Below, piece by piece: positions 1 through 8,999 of a stretch of DNA of 33,378 nt. Numbering within the stretch: the stretch's first letter is position 1; each line of letters begins with the position of its first letter. A program made the position numbers and the translations under genes. The notes under the pieces are model-generated. The model made no database searches. It was not told the DNA's origin and was given only the letters and a program-made list of their open reading frames with translations. Source of the stretch: Methanobacteriota archaeon (GTDB lineage: Archaea; Thermoplasmatota; Thermoplasmata; UBA10834; DTMW01); the NCBI GenBank assembly GCA_011046235.1, contig DSAX01000065.1, forward strand, positions 1 through 33,378. The letters are read 5' to 3'.

Positions 1-2
1 CC

Positions 3-1307
3 GAGAAATCCCCGATACGATTCGGGGTAGAATCAAAGGACAACAGCTGGGAAAGTGCAATTGAGGCGAACAAGGAGCAGATCGAGAGAAGGGTCCGTGC
101 GGCTGTTGACTTTATAAGGAAAGTGTGTCGCAAACATGAGAAACCGGTTGCGGTATCCTTCAGCGGTGGAAAGGACAGCCTCGTAACCCTTCATCTCGCT
201 CTGGAAAGCGGAATTCGGCCTCACATATTATTCGTGGACACTGGAATAGAGCTCCCCGAGACCTTGAGGGAGGTCGAGAGGGTCGCGGAGGAGACAGGGC
301 TCACGCTTCTCAGGGAGTCCGCGGGCGAGGCGTTCTGGGAGGGGCTGGAGATATTCGGGCCTCCTGGAAAGGACTTCAGGTGGTGCTGCAAGAGCTGCAA
401 GCTGGGTCCTGCGACTAGGCTCATAAGGAGGCATTTCCCGGAGGGGGTTGTCTCACTGATCGGACAGCGGAGCTACGAATCGGAGCAGAGGATGCGCAAG
501 GGAGCCGAGTGGACCAACCCCTGGACCCCGGGTCAGATCGGCGCGTCCCCGATTCAGAAATGGACGGCCCTGCATATCTGGTTGTACATATTCTCCCGAA
601 ATATCAGGTACAATCCCTGGTACGAGATGGGGCTCGACAGAATCGGCTGCTTCATGTGCCCCTCTTCCGATATCGCCGAGCTGGACATCGTCAGAGCACA
701 GTATTCAGGTTTCGAGCGATGGGATCGCTATTTGGATAGATACAAAGAAAAGAGGGGCCTCCAGGAAGAATGGTTCTCTCTGGCACTCTGGAGATGGAAG
801 AGAATCCCGCCCGCAATGAGGAATAAGTTGGAGGAGCTGGGGATCGCCCTGCCGAGAACGGTGGGGAGGTCGAAGGGGACTGCCCCCTTCGCGCTGAACA
901 GAACGGGAGTATACAGACCCTGCACCTCGGGAGGATTATCGTCAGAAGGGATCTTCTCTTGCAATCTCGACCTAGAACGCGTTGCAAACCTAATGAACGC
1001 CATCGGACCGGTGGAACTGAAAGAGGGCGAGATGGCCATGACTGACGGGATCGTCGTGTTCTCGGAAGGAGCGGTCACGATCAAAGGAGAGGACGAGGAC
1101 GAGATTGACGGCAGATCCAATATGCTCGAAAAGATCGTTAGGAGGGCGATGTTCTGCGTGGGTTGCGGCATCTGCGCAGCGAGGTGCAAGAATGATGCGT
1201 TGATCGTCGATGAAAGGGCGGTCATCGATCCGAAGTCATGTTCGCACTGCGGGGAATGTCTGGGACCATGTCCGGTCGATAGCTTCGAACGGGTAGAGGA
1301 CATCTAA
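3..1307 (+). CDS. PAPS/APS reductase family protein with C-terminal 2x[4Fe-4S] ferredoxin domain (5'-truncated by window edge)
   Basis: PP-loop SFSGGKDS, RWCCKSCK and RIGCFMCP (CC...CxxC), C-terminal CVGCGICAARC / CSHCGECLGPC. The frame is open back to position 3, so the true start lies upstream of the window rather than at the GTG at 123. Confidence 0.85.
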   Translation, partial: EKSPIRFGVESKDNSWESAIEANKEQIERRVRAAVDFIRKVCRKHEKPVAVSFSGGKDSLVTLHLALESGIRPHILFVDTGIELPETLREVERVAEETGLTLLRESAGEAFWEGLEIFGPPGKDFRWCCKSCKLGPATRLIRRHFPEGVVSLIGQRSYESEQRMRKGAEWTNPWTPGQIGASPIQKWTALHIWLYIFSRNIRYNPWYEMGLDRIGCFMCPSSDIAELDIVRAQYSGFERWDRYLDRYKEKRGLQEEWFSLALWRWKRIPPAMRNKLEELGIALPRTVGRSKGTAPFALNRTGVYRPCTSGGLSSEGIFSCNLDLERVANLMNAIGPVELKEGEMAMTDGIVVFSEGAVTIKGEDEDEIDGRSNMLEKIVRRAMFCVGCGICAARCKNDALIVDERAVIDPKSCSHCGECLGPCPVDSFERVEDI

Positions 1308-2185
1308 GCTTGCAGTTTTCCGAGTGCTATTCTCAGCGCTTCGGATACCTCGCACAGGTTCGCGCCCCAGGGGAGAAAAACGGTGTTCCCATCAACCTGG
1401 ACACCGCTCTTGACCTTACAGCACCTCGCAATCGTTGGCAGGCCGATCTCCTCTGATTCACAGAAGTCTCGTGGACAGATATTGTGAAGCCTCGGCTCAA
1501 CCGAGTAAAGCTCCTTGAATATGCGGGAGGAGAGGGAGCAACCTATAAGATGTGATGAGGAAAGTCTGGAGCCGTCGACATCCGGGGACTGGTCTAGAAA
1601 CAGCGCCTCCCTTCCACTGCAGACTTCTGTCATCTCCCGGTCGGTCGCTCTGCACGGCAGGAAGATCAGATTCTCTGGCGGGATATCTTGCACAATATGG
1701 GAAAGGTCGATTTTCTTTGTCCGGAGATCTATGATTTCGTTCTCATCGCCAACTAATTGGCCAATGAGCGTCTCCAGCTTCGAAGGCTCCGGGGGCACGA
1801 CATCGATCAGCCCGATTTTCGCCGGCAGTGGTACATCTACGAACGAGACATGTTCGAACCTGCCCTGGACGATAACCAGCTTTCCTGGGTGTTCAGCCTG
1901 TATCCTGAGAAGATCGCCAATATCGAGGACATCCAAATCGGGACGGCCGACGAACTCGGTCCTGTCGGGAAGTGAGAGCACCTTCATCTCGGTAACGGGG
2001 CTGAATAGGTTTGTTCGCTTCTCCTTGGCCACTTTAACAACCGCCCACTCCTCGCCGTTTTTCAGCACGTAGAATTTGGTTCGAGAATAGGACATTCTCC
2101 CGATGAAATATCGTCTGAGGCCCTCCTCGGTGAGAAGGATGTCGGTTTCCTTGACCCCCACGTCGGCGCAATGAGATGGAATCAT
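1304..2185 (-). CDS. Conserved hypothetical Cys-rich protein (resembles the DUF7714-type family)
   Basis: Protein-like sequence begins at ATG 2185 (MIPSHCADVGVK); the ORF-track extension to 2434 overlaps carA and its promoter. Motifs GRFEHVSF, DVVPPEPSKL, FLPCR, LIGC, ICPR, ARCC, VFLPWGA. Family name is from memory and unverified. Confidence 0.7.
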   Translation of the reverse strand: MIPSHCADVGVKETDILLTEEGLRRYFIGRMSYSRTKFYVLKNGEEWAVVKVAKEKRTNLFSPVTEMKVLSLPDRTEFVGRPDLDVLDIGDLLRIQAEHPGKLVIVQGRFEHVSFVDVPLPAKIGLIDVVPPEPSKLETLIGQLVGDENEIIDLRTKKIDLSHIVQDIPPENLIFLPCRATDREMTEVCSGREALFLDQSPDVDGSRLSSSHLIGCSLSSRIFKELYSVEPRLHNICPRDFCESEEIGLPTIARCCKVKSGVQVDGNTVFLPWGANLCEVSEALRIALGKLQA

Positions 2186-2333
2186 TCGATTGATCGCCGG
2201 ACCCCCAGGTGGATGGAACGACTTAAAGTTTGATGCGCCCCTGTTGGTTTTCGAACCTATAAGCACACCATATGCACATATCGAAACAAAATCTTCATAA
2301 CCCCCTCCCTGTATTTCTGCCAGGTCATCAGAT

Positions 2334-3422
2334 ATGCAAAAATTCCTAATCCTTGAGGACGGAACGGTCTTCAGGGGGGAATCTTTTGGCGCCGATAAGT
2401 CCGTCTTCGGTGAGATTGTTTTCAATACTGGCATGACTGGATATCAGGAATCTTTGACCGACCCGAGCTACCGCGGACATATACTCACGATGTCCTATCC
2501 GATGATAGGCAATTACGGACTGAACAAATACGACGACCAATCGGCGGAGGTCCATGTGCGAGGCTTTGTGGTGAGGGAGAGCTGCGACCTGCCGAGCCAT
2601 AGGTTTAAGGATCAGACATTGCACGAGTACCTGAAGAAGCACGATGTGCCCGGGATTTTCGGCATCGACACACGGGCTCTGATCATCAAGATCAGGGAGC
2701 AGGGTACGATGCGCGCTGCAATGACCGATTCCGAAGAGCACGAGGAGGTTATTGCTCAGTTGCGCAAAATGGACTTTCCCTCGATCGAGAACCTCGTGTC
2801 CGAGGTGTCCTGTCGCGAGCCGGTCAGACACAGGGGAGGATCTCGGAAGCATGTCGTGCTTATCGACTGCGGGATGAAGAAGAATATCCTGCGGATGCTG
2901 ATGGACCGTTTCACGGTCACCCAGGTCCCCTACGATTATCCTCCTGAGGATATCATGAAGCTGAAGCCCGATGGGCTGTTCATCAGCAACGGTCCGGGGG
3001 ACCCGGCACATAACGAAATCCGGGACACGACTGTCAGGACGATCCAGGAACTGGTCGCGGAGCTGCCCATCATGGGGATATGCCTGGGGCATCAGCTCCT
3101 TGGACGAGCAATGGGGGCGAAGACCTACAAGCTGAAATTCGGACACAGGGGATCGAACCAACCGGTGGGAAAGGACGGGCGCGTCTTCATCACCGTCCAG
3201 AACCACAGTTTCACGATCGATGCCAAGAGTCTGGACAATACGGAGCTGGAGCTGACCCTGGTCAACCAGAACGACCTCACACCCGAGGGCATCAGGCACA
3301 AGGAGCTACCGGTATTCTCCGTCCAGTTCCACCCAGAAGCCAACCCGGGTCCGAGGGATACCACGTTTCTGTTCGATGACTTCGCGAAGCTATTGGAGGA
3401 CCGACATGCCTCTGAGAAGTGA
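2334..3422 (+). CDS. carA: Carbamoyl-phosphate synthase small (glutaminase) subunit
   Basis: GEIVFNTGMTGYQESLTDPSY, SNGPGDP, catalytic GICLGHQ, FHPEA. Confidence 0.97.
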   Translation: MQKFLILEDGTVFRGESFGADKSVFGEIVFNTGMTGYQESLTDPSYRGHILTMSYPMIGNYGLNKYDDQSAEVHVRGFVVRESCDLPSHRFKDQTLHEYLKKHDVPGIFGIDTRALIIKIREQGTMRAAMTDSEEHEEVIAQLRKMDFPSIENLVSEVSCREPVRHRGGSRKHVVLIDCGMKKNILRMLMDRFTVTQVPYDYPPEDIMKLKPDGLFISNGPGDPAHNEIRDTTVRTIQELVAELPIMGICLGHQLLGRAMGAKTYKLKFGHRGSNQPVGKDGRVFITVQNHSFTIDAKSLDNTELELTLVNQNDLTPEGIRHKELPVFSVQFHPEANPGPRDTTFLFDDFAKLLEDRHASEK

Positions 3423-6400
3423 TCTGAAGAAGATCATGGTGATCGGCAGCGGTCCGATTGTGATAGGTCAGGCTGCGGAGTTCGACTTCTCAGGATCTCA
3501 GGCCTGCAGGTCACTGAAGGAGGAGGGATACGAGATCGTCCTGGTGAACTCGAACCCAGCAACGATTCAGACCGACCCGGACATGGCTGACGCGGTCTAT
3601 ATCGAGCCGCTCACCGTCGAGATGGTGTCCAAGATACTGGAGAAGGAGAAGGTGGACGGCATAATGTCCGGTATGGGCGGACAGACCGCCCTCAACATTT
3701 GCTCCGAGCTGGCCGAGAGGGGATTGCTCGAGAAGCTCGGAATCGAACTCCTCGGTACGCAGCAGGAGGCGATCGCGCTTTCCGAAGACCGCGAGCTGTT
3801 CAGGAGGACGATGATCGAGATCGGCGAGCCCATCCCCAAGAGCAAGACCGTGGGATCGATAGAGGAGGCGCTCAGCGCGGTCGAGGAGATCGGAGGCTAC
3901 CCAGTTCTTATAAGACCCGCTTACACGCTGGGCGGAACCGGGAGCGGTGTGGCTTTCGACGAGCAGGAGTTCGTTCCGAAAGTCGGAATGGGGCTCGTAT
4001 ATTCGCGCATAAGACAGTGTCTGATAGAGGAAAGCGTGCTCGGCTGGAAGGAGTACGAATACGAGGTCATGCGGGACTCCAATGACAACTGTATCACCGT
4101 ATGCAATATGGAGAACCTCGACCCGATGGGAATACACACCGGCGAGAGCATCGTCGTCGCACCCGCCCAGACCCTGAGCGATTCGGATCATCAGATTCTC
4201 AGGTCTGCCTCGCTGAAGATCATCAGGGCTCTGAAGATAGAGGGCGGATGCAACATTCAGTTCGCTGTCGATTTCAATACGGGAGAATACCGCGTCATAG
4301 AGGTGAACCCGCGGGTGAGCAGGAGCTCCGCATTGGCTTCTAAAGCCACGGGATATCCTATCGCGCGCGTCGCTGCCAAGATCGCTGTCGGTAAGACCCT
4401 CGACGAGATCACCAATACCATCACCGGCAAGACCTGTGCCGCCTTCGAGCCCTCGATTGATTATATCGTGACCAAGATACCAAGGTGGCCATTCGACAAG
4501 TTCAGGACTGTAGACCGCAGGCTTGGCACCCAGATGAAGAGTACTGGAGAGGTAATGTCGATCGGTAGGATATTCGAGGAGTCTTTGTTGAAGGCGGTTC
4601 GGTCGCTCGAGATCGACAGGCTCGGCCTGGAACCGGACAGCTGGTCGGATGAAGCGATCGAGGAGGAGCTCAGGCATCCCACGGACATGAGGCTCTTCGC
4701 GATAGCGGAAGCGTTGCGGCGCGGGAACTCCGTCGAATGGATATGCAAATTGACGGACTGGGATCCTTTCTTCCTGCACAAGATTGAGAACATCATCGAA
4801 ATCGAGGGACGAATAAAGTCCGGGGAGATGGATGACCGTCTGCTCACGAAGGCCAAGAAGATCGGCTTTTCGGACGAGTACATCTCGATGCTTTCCAAGA
4901 GGACTGAGCGGCAGATTAGGAAATGGAAGAAGAAGCTGGACATTTCAACGGTTTTCAAGATGGTTGATACCTGCGCCGCGGAGTTCGAGGCTGAAACGCC
5001 CTACTTCTACTCGACGAATGAGCAGTTCTGCGAGGCGCGGCCGTCCAACAACAGAAAGGTGGTCATCCTGGGCGGCGGCCCGATAAGGATAGGCCAGGGC
5101 ATAGAATTCGACTACTGTTGCGTGCACGGGTCGCTCGCCCTTTCCGAGGAGAAAGTCGATTCGATAATCATAAACAACAACCCTGAGACCGTGTCGACCG
5201 ATTTCGACATCTCTACCCGTCTGTACTTCGAACCCCTGACAGCGGAGGAGGTCATCAAGGTAATCGAGACGGAGGATGCGGACGGCGTGATACTCCAGTT
5301 CGGGGGTCAGACAGCGGTGAACCTCGCAAAGCCGCTCGAGAAGGAGCTCGCGGGCGGCAAGTGTAAGGTCCTGGGTACCTCGCCCGAATCGATCGACCTC
5401 GCCGAGGACAGGGAGAAGTTCTCAAAGATGATGAACGAATTGGGAATCAAGCAGCCGGATGCGGGCACCGGATACTCTTTCGAAGAGGTCAAGATCATCG
5501 CCGACCGGATAGGATATCCCGTCCTGATAAGGCCGAGCTATGTGCTGGGCGGACGGGCGATGGAGATCGTGTTCAACGAAATCGAGCTCGAGGACTACAT
5601 GAGGAGCGCCGTCAAGGTATCGAAAAGGCATCCGATTCTTATCGACAAATATCTCTCTCACGCAATCGAGATCGATGTGGATGCGGTATGCGACGGCAAG
5701 GATGTGTTCATCGGGGGGATAATGGAGCACATAGAGGAGGCGGGCGTGCATTCCGGAGATGCGACCATGGTCCTGCCAACCAGGAGCCTGGACGACGACA
5801 TTCTTGAGAGGATAAGGGACATTACCAGGAGAACGGCGATCGCACTCGGGACAAAGGGGCTCATCAACCTCCAGCTGGCCGTTAGGAACGGCGAGGTCTT
5901 CATGCTTGAGGCGAACCCGAGGGCGAGCAGGACGATCCCATTCATATCCAAAGCGATAGGCATTCCCCTCGCCAAGGTGGCAACGAAGATCATGCTCGGT
6001 AGGAGCCTTGCGGACCAGGATCTTCGCGGGGAGGCTCGGATCGATCATTACGCCGTGAAGGCATCTGTATTTCCCTTCCTCAAGCTGCCCGGTGTTGACA
6101 GCATACTTGGTCCGGAGATGAAGTCGACAGGAGAGGTCATGGGTATCGACGGTAAATACGGCGCTGCCATGTGGAAAGCCATGTCTGGAGCGGGGATGGA
6201 ACTCCCCATGGAGGGAGAGGTCTACATCAGTGTCAGGGACCTTGACAAAGCGGCGGCGGGAACGCTCGCAAAAGATCTCGTGGATCTCGGGCTGAGAATA
6301 ATCGCCACCAAGGGCACTGCGGCCGCGATAAGGGAGGCAGGCGTCCCGGTGGAGACCGTCTTCAGGATCGCGGAGAAGACGCCTCCTGATGCCCTGACGT

Positions 6401-6621
6401 TGATGAGGCGCGGACGGGTCAAAATGATCATCAATACCCCGACAGAAAGCTCCGGAGCCAGGAGGGACGGGTATATGATGCGGCGTCTCGCAGTTGAGCT
6501 GCAGATACCGTTCTTCACGACGATTGAAGGGGCAAGGGCGGCTGTAGAGGCTATCCAACATGCAAAATCGCAGAAAATAGAGCCGGTCGATCTCGCCTTG
6601 ATTGCGAAATCGTCCCGCTGA
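3406..6621 (+). CDS. carB: Carbamoyl-phosphate synthase large subunit
   Basis: MPLRSD...IGSGPIVIGQAAEFDFSG, two ATP-grasp halves (GGGPIRIGQGIEFDYC), C-terminal MGS domain. ATG 3406 follows GGAGG and overlaps the end of carA. Confidence 0.97.
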   Translation: MPLRSDLKKIMVIGSGPIVIGQAAEFDFSGSQACRSLKEEGYEIVLVNSNPATIQTDPDMADAVYIEPLTVEMVSKILEKEKVDGIMSGMGGQTALNICSELAERGLLEKLGIELLGTQQEAIALSEDRELFRRTMIEIGEPIPKSKTVGSIEEALSAVEEIGGYPVLIRPAYTLGGTGSGVAFDEQEFVPKVGMGLVYSRIRQCLIEESVLGWKEYEYEVMRDSNDNCITVCNMENLDPMGIHTGESIVVAPAQTLSDSDHQILRSASLKIIRALKIEGGCNIQFAVDFNTGEYRVIEVNPRVSRSSALASKATGYPIARVAAKIAVGKTLDEITNTITGKTCAAFEPSIDYIVTKIPRWPFDKFRTVDRRLGTQMKSTGEVMSIGRIFEESLLKAVRSLEIDRLGLEPDSWSDEAIEEELRHPTDMRLFAIAEALRRGNSVEWICKLTDWDPFFLHKIENIIEIEGRIKSGEMDDRLLTKAKKIGFSDEYISMLSKRTERQIRKWKKKLDISTVFKMVDTCAAEFEAETPYFYSTNEQFCEARPSNNRKVVILGGGPIRIGQGIEFDYCCVHGSLALSEEKVDSIIINNNPETVSTDFDISTRLYFEPLTAEEVIKVIETEDADGVILQFGGQTAVNLAKPLEKELAGGKCKVLGTSPESIDLAEDREKFSKMMNELGIKQPDAGTGYSFEEVKIIADRIGYPVLIRPSYVLGGRAMEIVFNEIELEDYMRSAVKVSKRHPILIDKYLSHAIEIDVDAVCDGKDVFIGGIMEHIEEAGVHSGDATMVLPTRSLDDDILERIRDITRRTAIALGTKGLINLQLAVRNGEVFMLEANPRASRTIPFISKAIGIPLAKVATKIMLGRSLADQDLRGEARIDHYAVKASVFPFLKLPGVDSILGPEMKSTGEVMGIDGKYGAAMWKAMSGAGMELPMEGEVYISVRDLDKAAAGTLAKDLVDLGLRIIATKGTAAAIREAGVPVETVFRIAEKTPPDALTLMRRGRVKMIINTPTESSGARRDGYMMRRLAVELQIPFFTTIEGARAAVEAIQHAKSQKIEPVDLALIAKSSR

Positions 6622-6661
6622 TGTCAACAATTCCAACCGATTGAGTGAAGTCGGTTACGTG

Positions 6662-7447
6662 TTATTTCTTGCCGAGCGCTTCGAGGGCGATCTGCGCTCC
6701 CTTTCTTCCGGAAAGAAGCATCGAGCCGAAGGTGGGGCCCATCCTGGGCAGCCCGAAGGTCGTCGCGACCGCCATCCCTATGACTATCAGGCCTGGATGC
6801 GCCCATCCGCTCTTCTCGACGACCGCGTCCTCCGATGCTTCGATCCACATACCGCCCTCGCCGGGAGCATCGAGCAGGTTCCGCTTTGCCAGCTTTTGAA
6901 CGACCTGGGCGTCGTGACCGGTCCCGTCGATTACTATCTTGGATTCAAACGCGACTGGGTCGATACAGCTGATCGCTCTGGGAAGGGTCGAAACAGGCGT
7001 CCAGTTGACGACAACCCCTCCAACGCGGTTCTTCTCTCGCAGGACCACGTCATCGAACATCGCCATGTTGAGTATCTTGGCCCCAGATTCGATTGTCGAG
7101 GCTATCAGCTTAGAAGTCGCCAGCGGCCCAGGGGTCGTGTATATTGAATCGGAATACTTGTCATAAGAGATATGGAGCTCGTCAAGGACTTTTTGTGCAG
7201 GGGACCTCACAGTTATCGTATTCATAAGAAACCCGCCCATCCAGAATCCGCCTCCGAGGTAGTTGTTCCTTTCCAGTATGAGTACCCGCACCCCGTTCTT
7301 GGCCAGATCTCGTGCCGCCATGAGGCCGCTCGGCCCGCTCCCGACGACGATCACGTCCATATCAGCGAACTGATTGATGTCCTTGTAAAATTGGCTGACG
7401 ATCGCTCTCGTAACCTCCGTCTCCGAGGCCTTTTCGAATATTGTCAT
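6662..7447 (-). CDS. thi4: Thiazole synthase Thi4 (ADP-thiazole synthase), Cys-containing active-site variant
   Basis: DVIVVGSGPSGL, LGGGFWMGG, SCIDP, DGTGHDA, PRMGPTFGSMLLSG; SD GGTGA upstream. Confidence 0.93.
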   Translation of the reverse strand: MTIFEKASETEVTRAIVSQFYKDINQFADMDVIVVGSGPSGLMAARDLAKNGVRVLILERNNYLGGGFWMGGFLMNTITVRSPAQKVLDELHISYDKYSDSIYTTPGPLATSKLIASTIESGAKILNMAMFDDVVLREKNRVGGVVVNWTPVSTLPRAISCIDPVAFESKIVIDGTGHDAQVVQKLAKRNLLDAPGEGGMWIEASEDAVVEKSGWAHPGLIVIGMAVATTFGLPRMGPTFGSMLLSGRKGAQIALEALGKK

Positions 7448-7539
7448 TCAGAGTTCACCATCCGAAGCCCGTAGCAGTTCGATATAGTTAATTCTTTCAC
7501 TGTTAAATGAGGCTCAGGCACCCATATTACGCTGTAATA

Positions 7540-8040
7540 TTAATAGATTGTGAGGCTTTTGACCCCCTTGGCCGAGCGCAGCCTCGGCAACATCTCAGGA
7601 GGTACTGTGGATTCCGTGATTATGAATATCTTCGGAGCCTCAGTGGTCTCAGGATCGTCAACGATGGCCTGTCTGATGCTTATTCCCGCCTCCGAGATGA
7701 TGGTGGCGATATCGGACAGTATGCCAGTCTGGTGAGCGTCATCGGATAGGATCTCTATTGCGCCCCAACCCATTGTCGAGGCGACATCCTTGAAATTGGC
7801 AGTCGGAAGCAGGTGCGCGAAGAAGCTCGAAAGCTGCTTGTCGGCCGATATGGTCTCCACCGCTGATCTCACCACTCTTCGGTCGACGCCTGCAGCCCTT
7901 GCCAGAGCCGTGTCGGATATCGACACCTTGCCGGAGTAGACACGTCCGTTGCGTACGCTCATCCCGTTCTTTAATATAACTCTGGCCACCTTTGCCTGGG
8001 AGGGGTAGCTGGAGAAGTAATCAGATATGACCTTCCACAT
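7540..8040 (-). CDS. ACT-domain-containing predicted regulator of amino-acid metabolism (COG2150-like, N-terminal HTH)
   Basis: HTH-like ISDTALARAAGVDRRVVRSAVETI and ACT-like GILSDIATIISEAGISIRQAIVDDP; ATG 8040 preferred over TTG 8046; divergent from the aro operon. Confidence 0.85.
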   Translation of the reverse strand: MWKVISDYFSSYPSQAKVARVILKNGMSVRNGRVYSGKVSISDTALARAAGVDRRVVRSAVETISADKQLSSFFAHLLPTANFKDVASTMGWGAIEILSDDAHQTGILSDIATIISEAGISIRQAIVDDPETTEAPKIFIITESTVPPEMLPRLRSAKGVKSLTIY

Positions 8041-8064
8041 TTCCAATGAACGAAAATGTGATAT

Positions 8065-8084
8065 AATAGATAAATTTAGCTATT
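8065..8084. promoter_or_regulatory. Near-perfect 20-bp palindrome AATAGATAAATTTAGCTATT over the putative promoter of the regulator gene
   Basis: Inverted repeat with one mismatch, 25-45 bp upstream of the regulator ATG. The region is AT-rich, so chance is not excluded. Confidence 0.35.
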
Positions 8085-8149
8085 GATGAACTTATTTCAA
8101 CAAAATATCTATGGCAAGAATGAAATAGGGATTCAGATGTAGGCCTGCT

Positions 8150-8166
8150 GTGCTATATATTAGCAC
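8150..8166 (+). promoter_or_regulatory. Putative TATA box (TATATATT) inside the palindrome GTGCTA-N5-TAGCAC; candidate promoter/operator of the aro-asd-Hcy operon
   Basis: Perfect 6-bp inverted arms flanking an AT core, 30-46 nt upstream of the aroA' ATG; SD GGTGA downstream. Confidence 0.55.
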
Positions 8167-8195
8167 GGTAGCTATTCGAGAGTGGTGACGTCATC

Positions 8196-8951
8196 ATGTT
8201 GGGCAAGGAGATGCGCCTCAGGCGCATAATTGACGAGAAGACGGGAAACCTGCTGATCGTCCCAATGGATCATGGAGTATCACTGGGACCGGTCCAGGGA
8301 ATCAGCACGATTCAGGACAGCGTGAGAAAGGCGGGAGCCGGCGGAGCGACCTGTGTAGTCCTCCACAAGGGAATCGCTTCCCTGATGGATCGGGACAGTA
8401 TTGGTGACCTGGGACTGATAATGCACGTGTCAGCGAGCACATCCCTATCCTCAGACGCAAATACGAAGGTGCTGGTCGGAGGGGTGTACGATGCCATCCG
8501 GCTGGGAGCAGACGCGGTTTCTATTCATGTGAATCTCGGCGGGGCGAACGAGCCGGAGATGTTGGAGGATCTCGGTGAAATATCTTCCGAGTGCGCGGAG
8601 TCCGGCATGCCTCTCCTGGCGATGATGTACCCGCGGGGAGAGAATGTGGCAAACCAATTCGATCCACATGCCGTGATGCACTGCGCCAGGGTTGGTGCGG
8701 AACTCGGAGCGGATATCATAAAGACCAACTACACGGGCGATATCGAGTCCTTCAAGAAGGTCGTCTCGGGATGCGCTGTCCCGGTCGTGATAGCGGGCGG
8801 TCCGAAAATGGAGTCAGAAGAGGCACTGCTGACAATGGTACGAGATGCCATGACCGCAGGCGCAAGAGGCATATCGATCGGCAGGAACGTGTTCCAGCAC
8901 AAGGACATCGCCGGAATAACGAGGAAGCTTGCGGATATCGTTTTCTCGTGA
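8196..8951 (+). CDS. aroA': 2-amino-3,7-dideoxy-D-threo-hept-6-ulosonate (ADH) synthase, class I aldolase family
   Basis: IVPMDHG, LHKG, LAMMYPRG, GAELGADIIKTNY (Schiff-base Lys), IAGGPK, GRNVFQ; directly upstream of aroB'. Confidence 0.9.
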   Translation: MLGKEMRLRRIIDEKTGNLLIVPMDHGVSLGPVQGISTIQDSVRKAGAGGATCVVLHKGIASLMDRDSIGDLGLIMHVSASTSLSSDANTKVLVGGVYDAIRLGADAVSIHVNLGGANEPEMLEDLGEISSECAESGMPLLAMMYPRGENVANQFDPHAVMHCARVGAELGADIIKTNYTGDIESFKKVVSGCAVPVVIAGGPKMESEEALLTMVRDAMTAGARGISIGRNVFQHKDIAGITRKLADIVFS

Positions 8952-8999
8952 CGGAAGATCGTTGCGTCCGGGACTCCGAAAATAAGGGGGAATAGGCAA

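Noticed and set aside
2186-2434. N-terminal extension of ORF 1304..2434
   Set aside because: Runs through the divergent promoter region and into carA on the other strand; protein-like sequence begins at ATG 2185
2346-6636. Long antisense ORFs opposite carA/carB (317, 422 and 404 aa), and similar ones opposite the aro, Hcy and DUF72 genes
   Set aside because: Shadow ORFs expected from codon bias in moderately GC-rich genes; no motifs
7448-7539. Possible TPP riboswitch upstream of thi4 (GGGTGCCTGAG on the minus strand)
   Set aside because: The remaining core (ACCC...GAACCTGAT...TAAT...CG.AGG) is absent and the space is short and AT-rich
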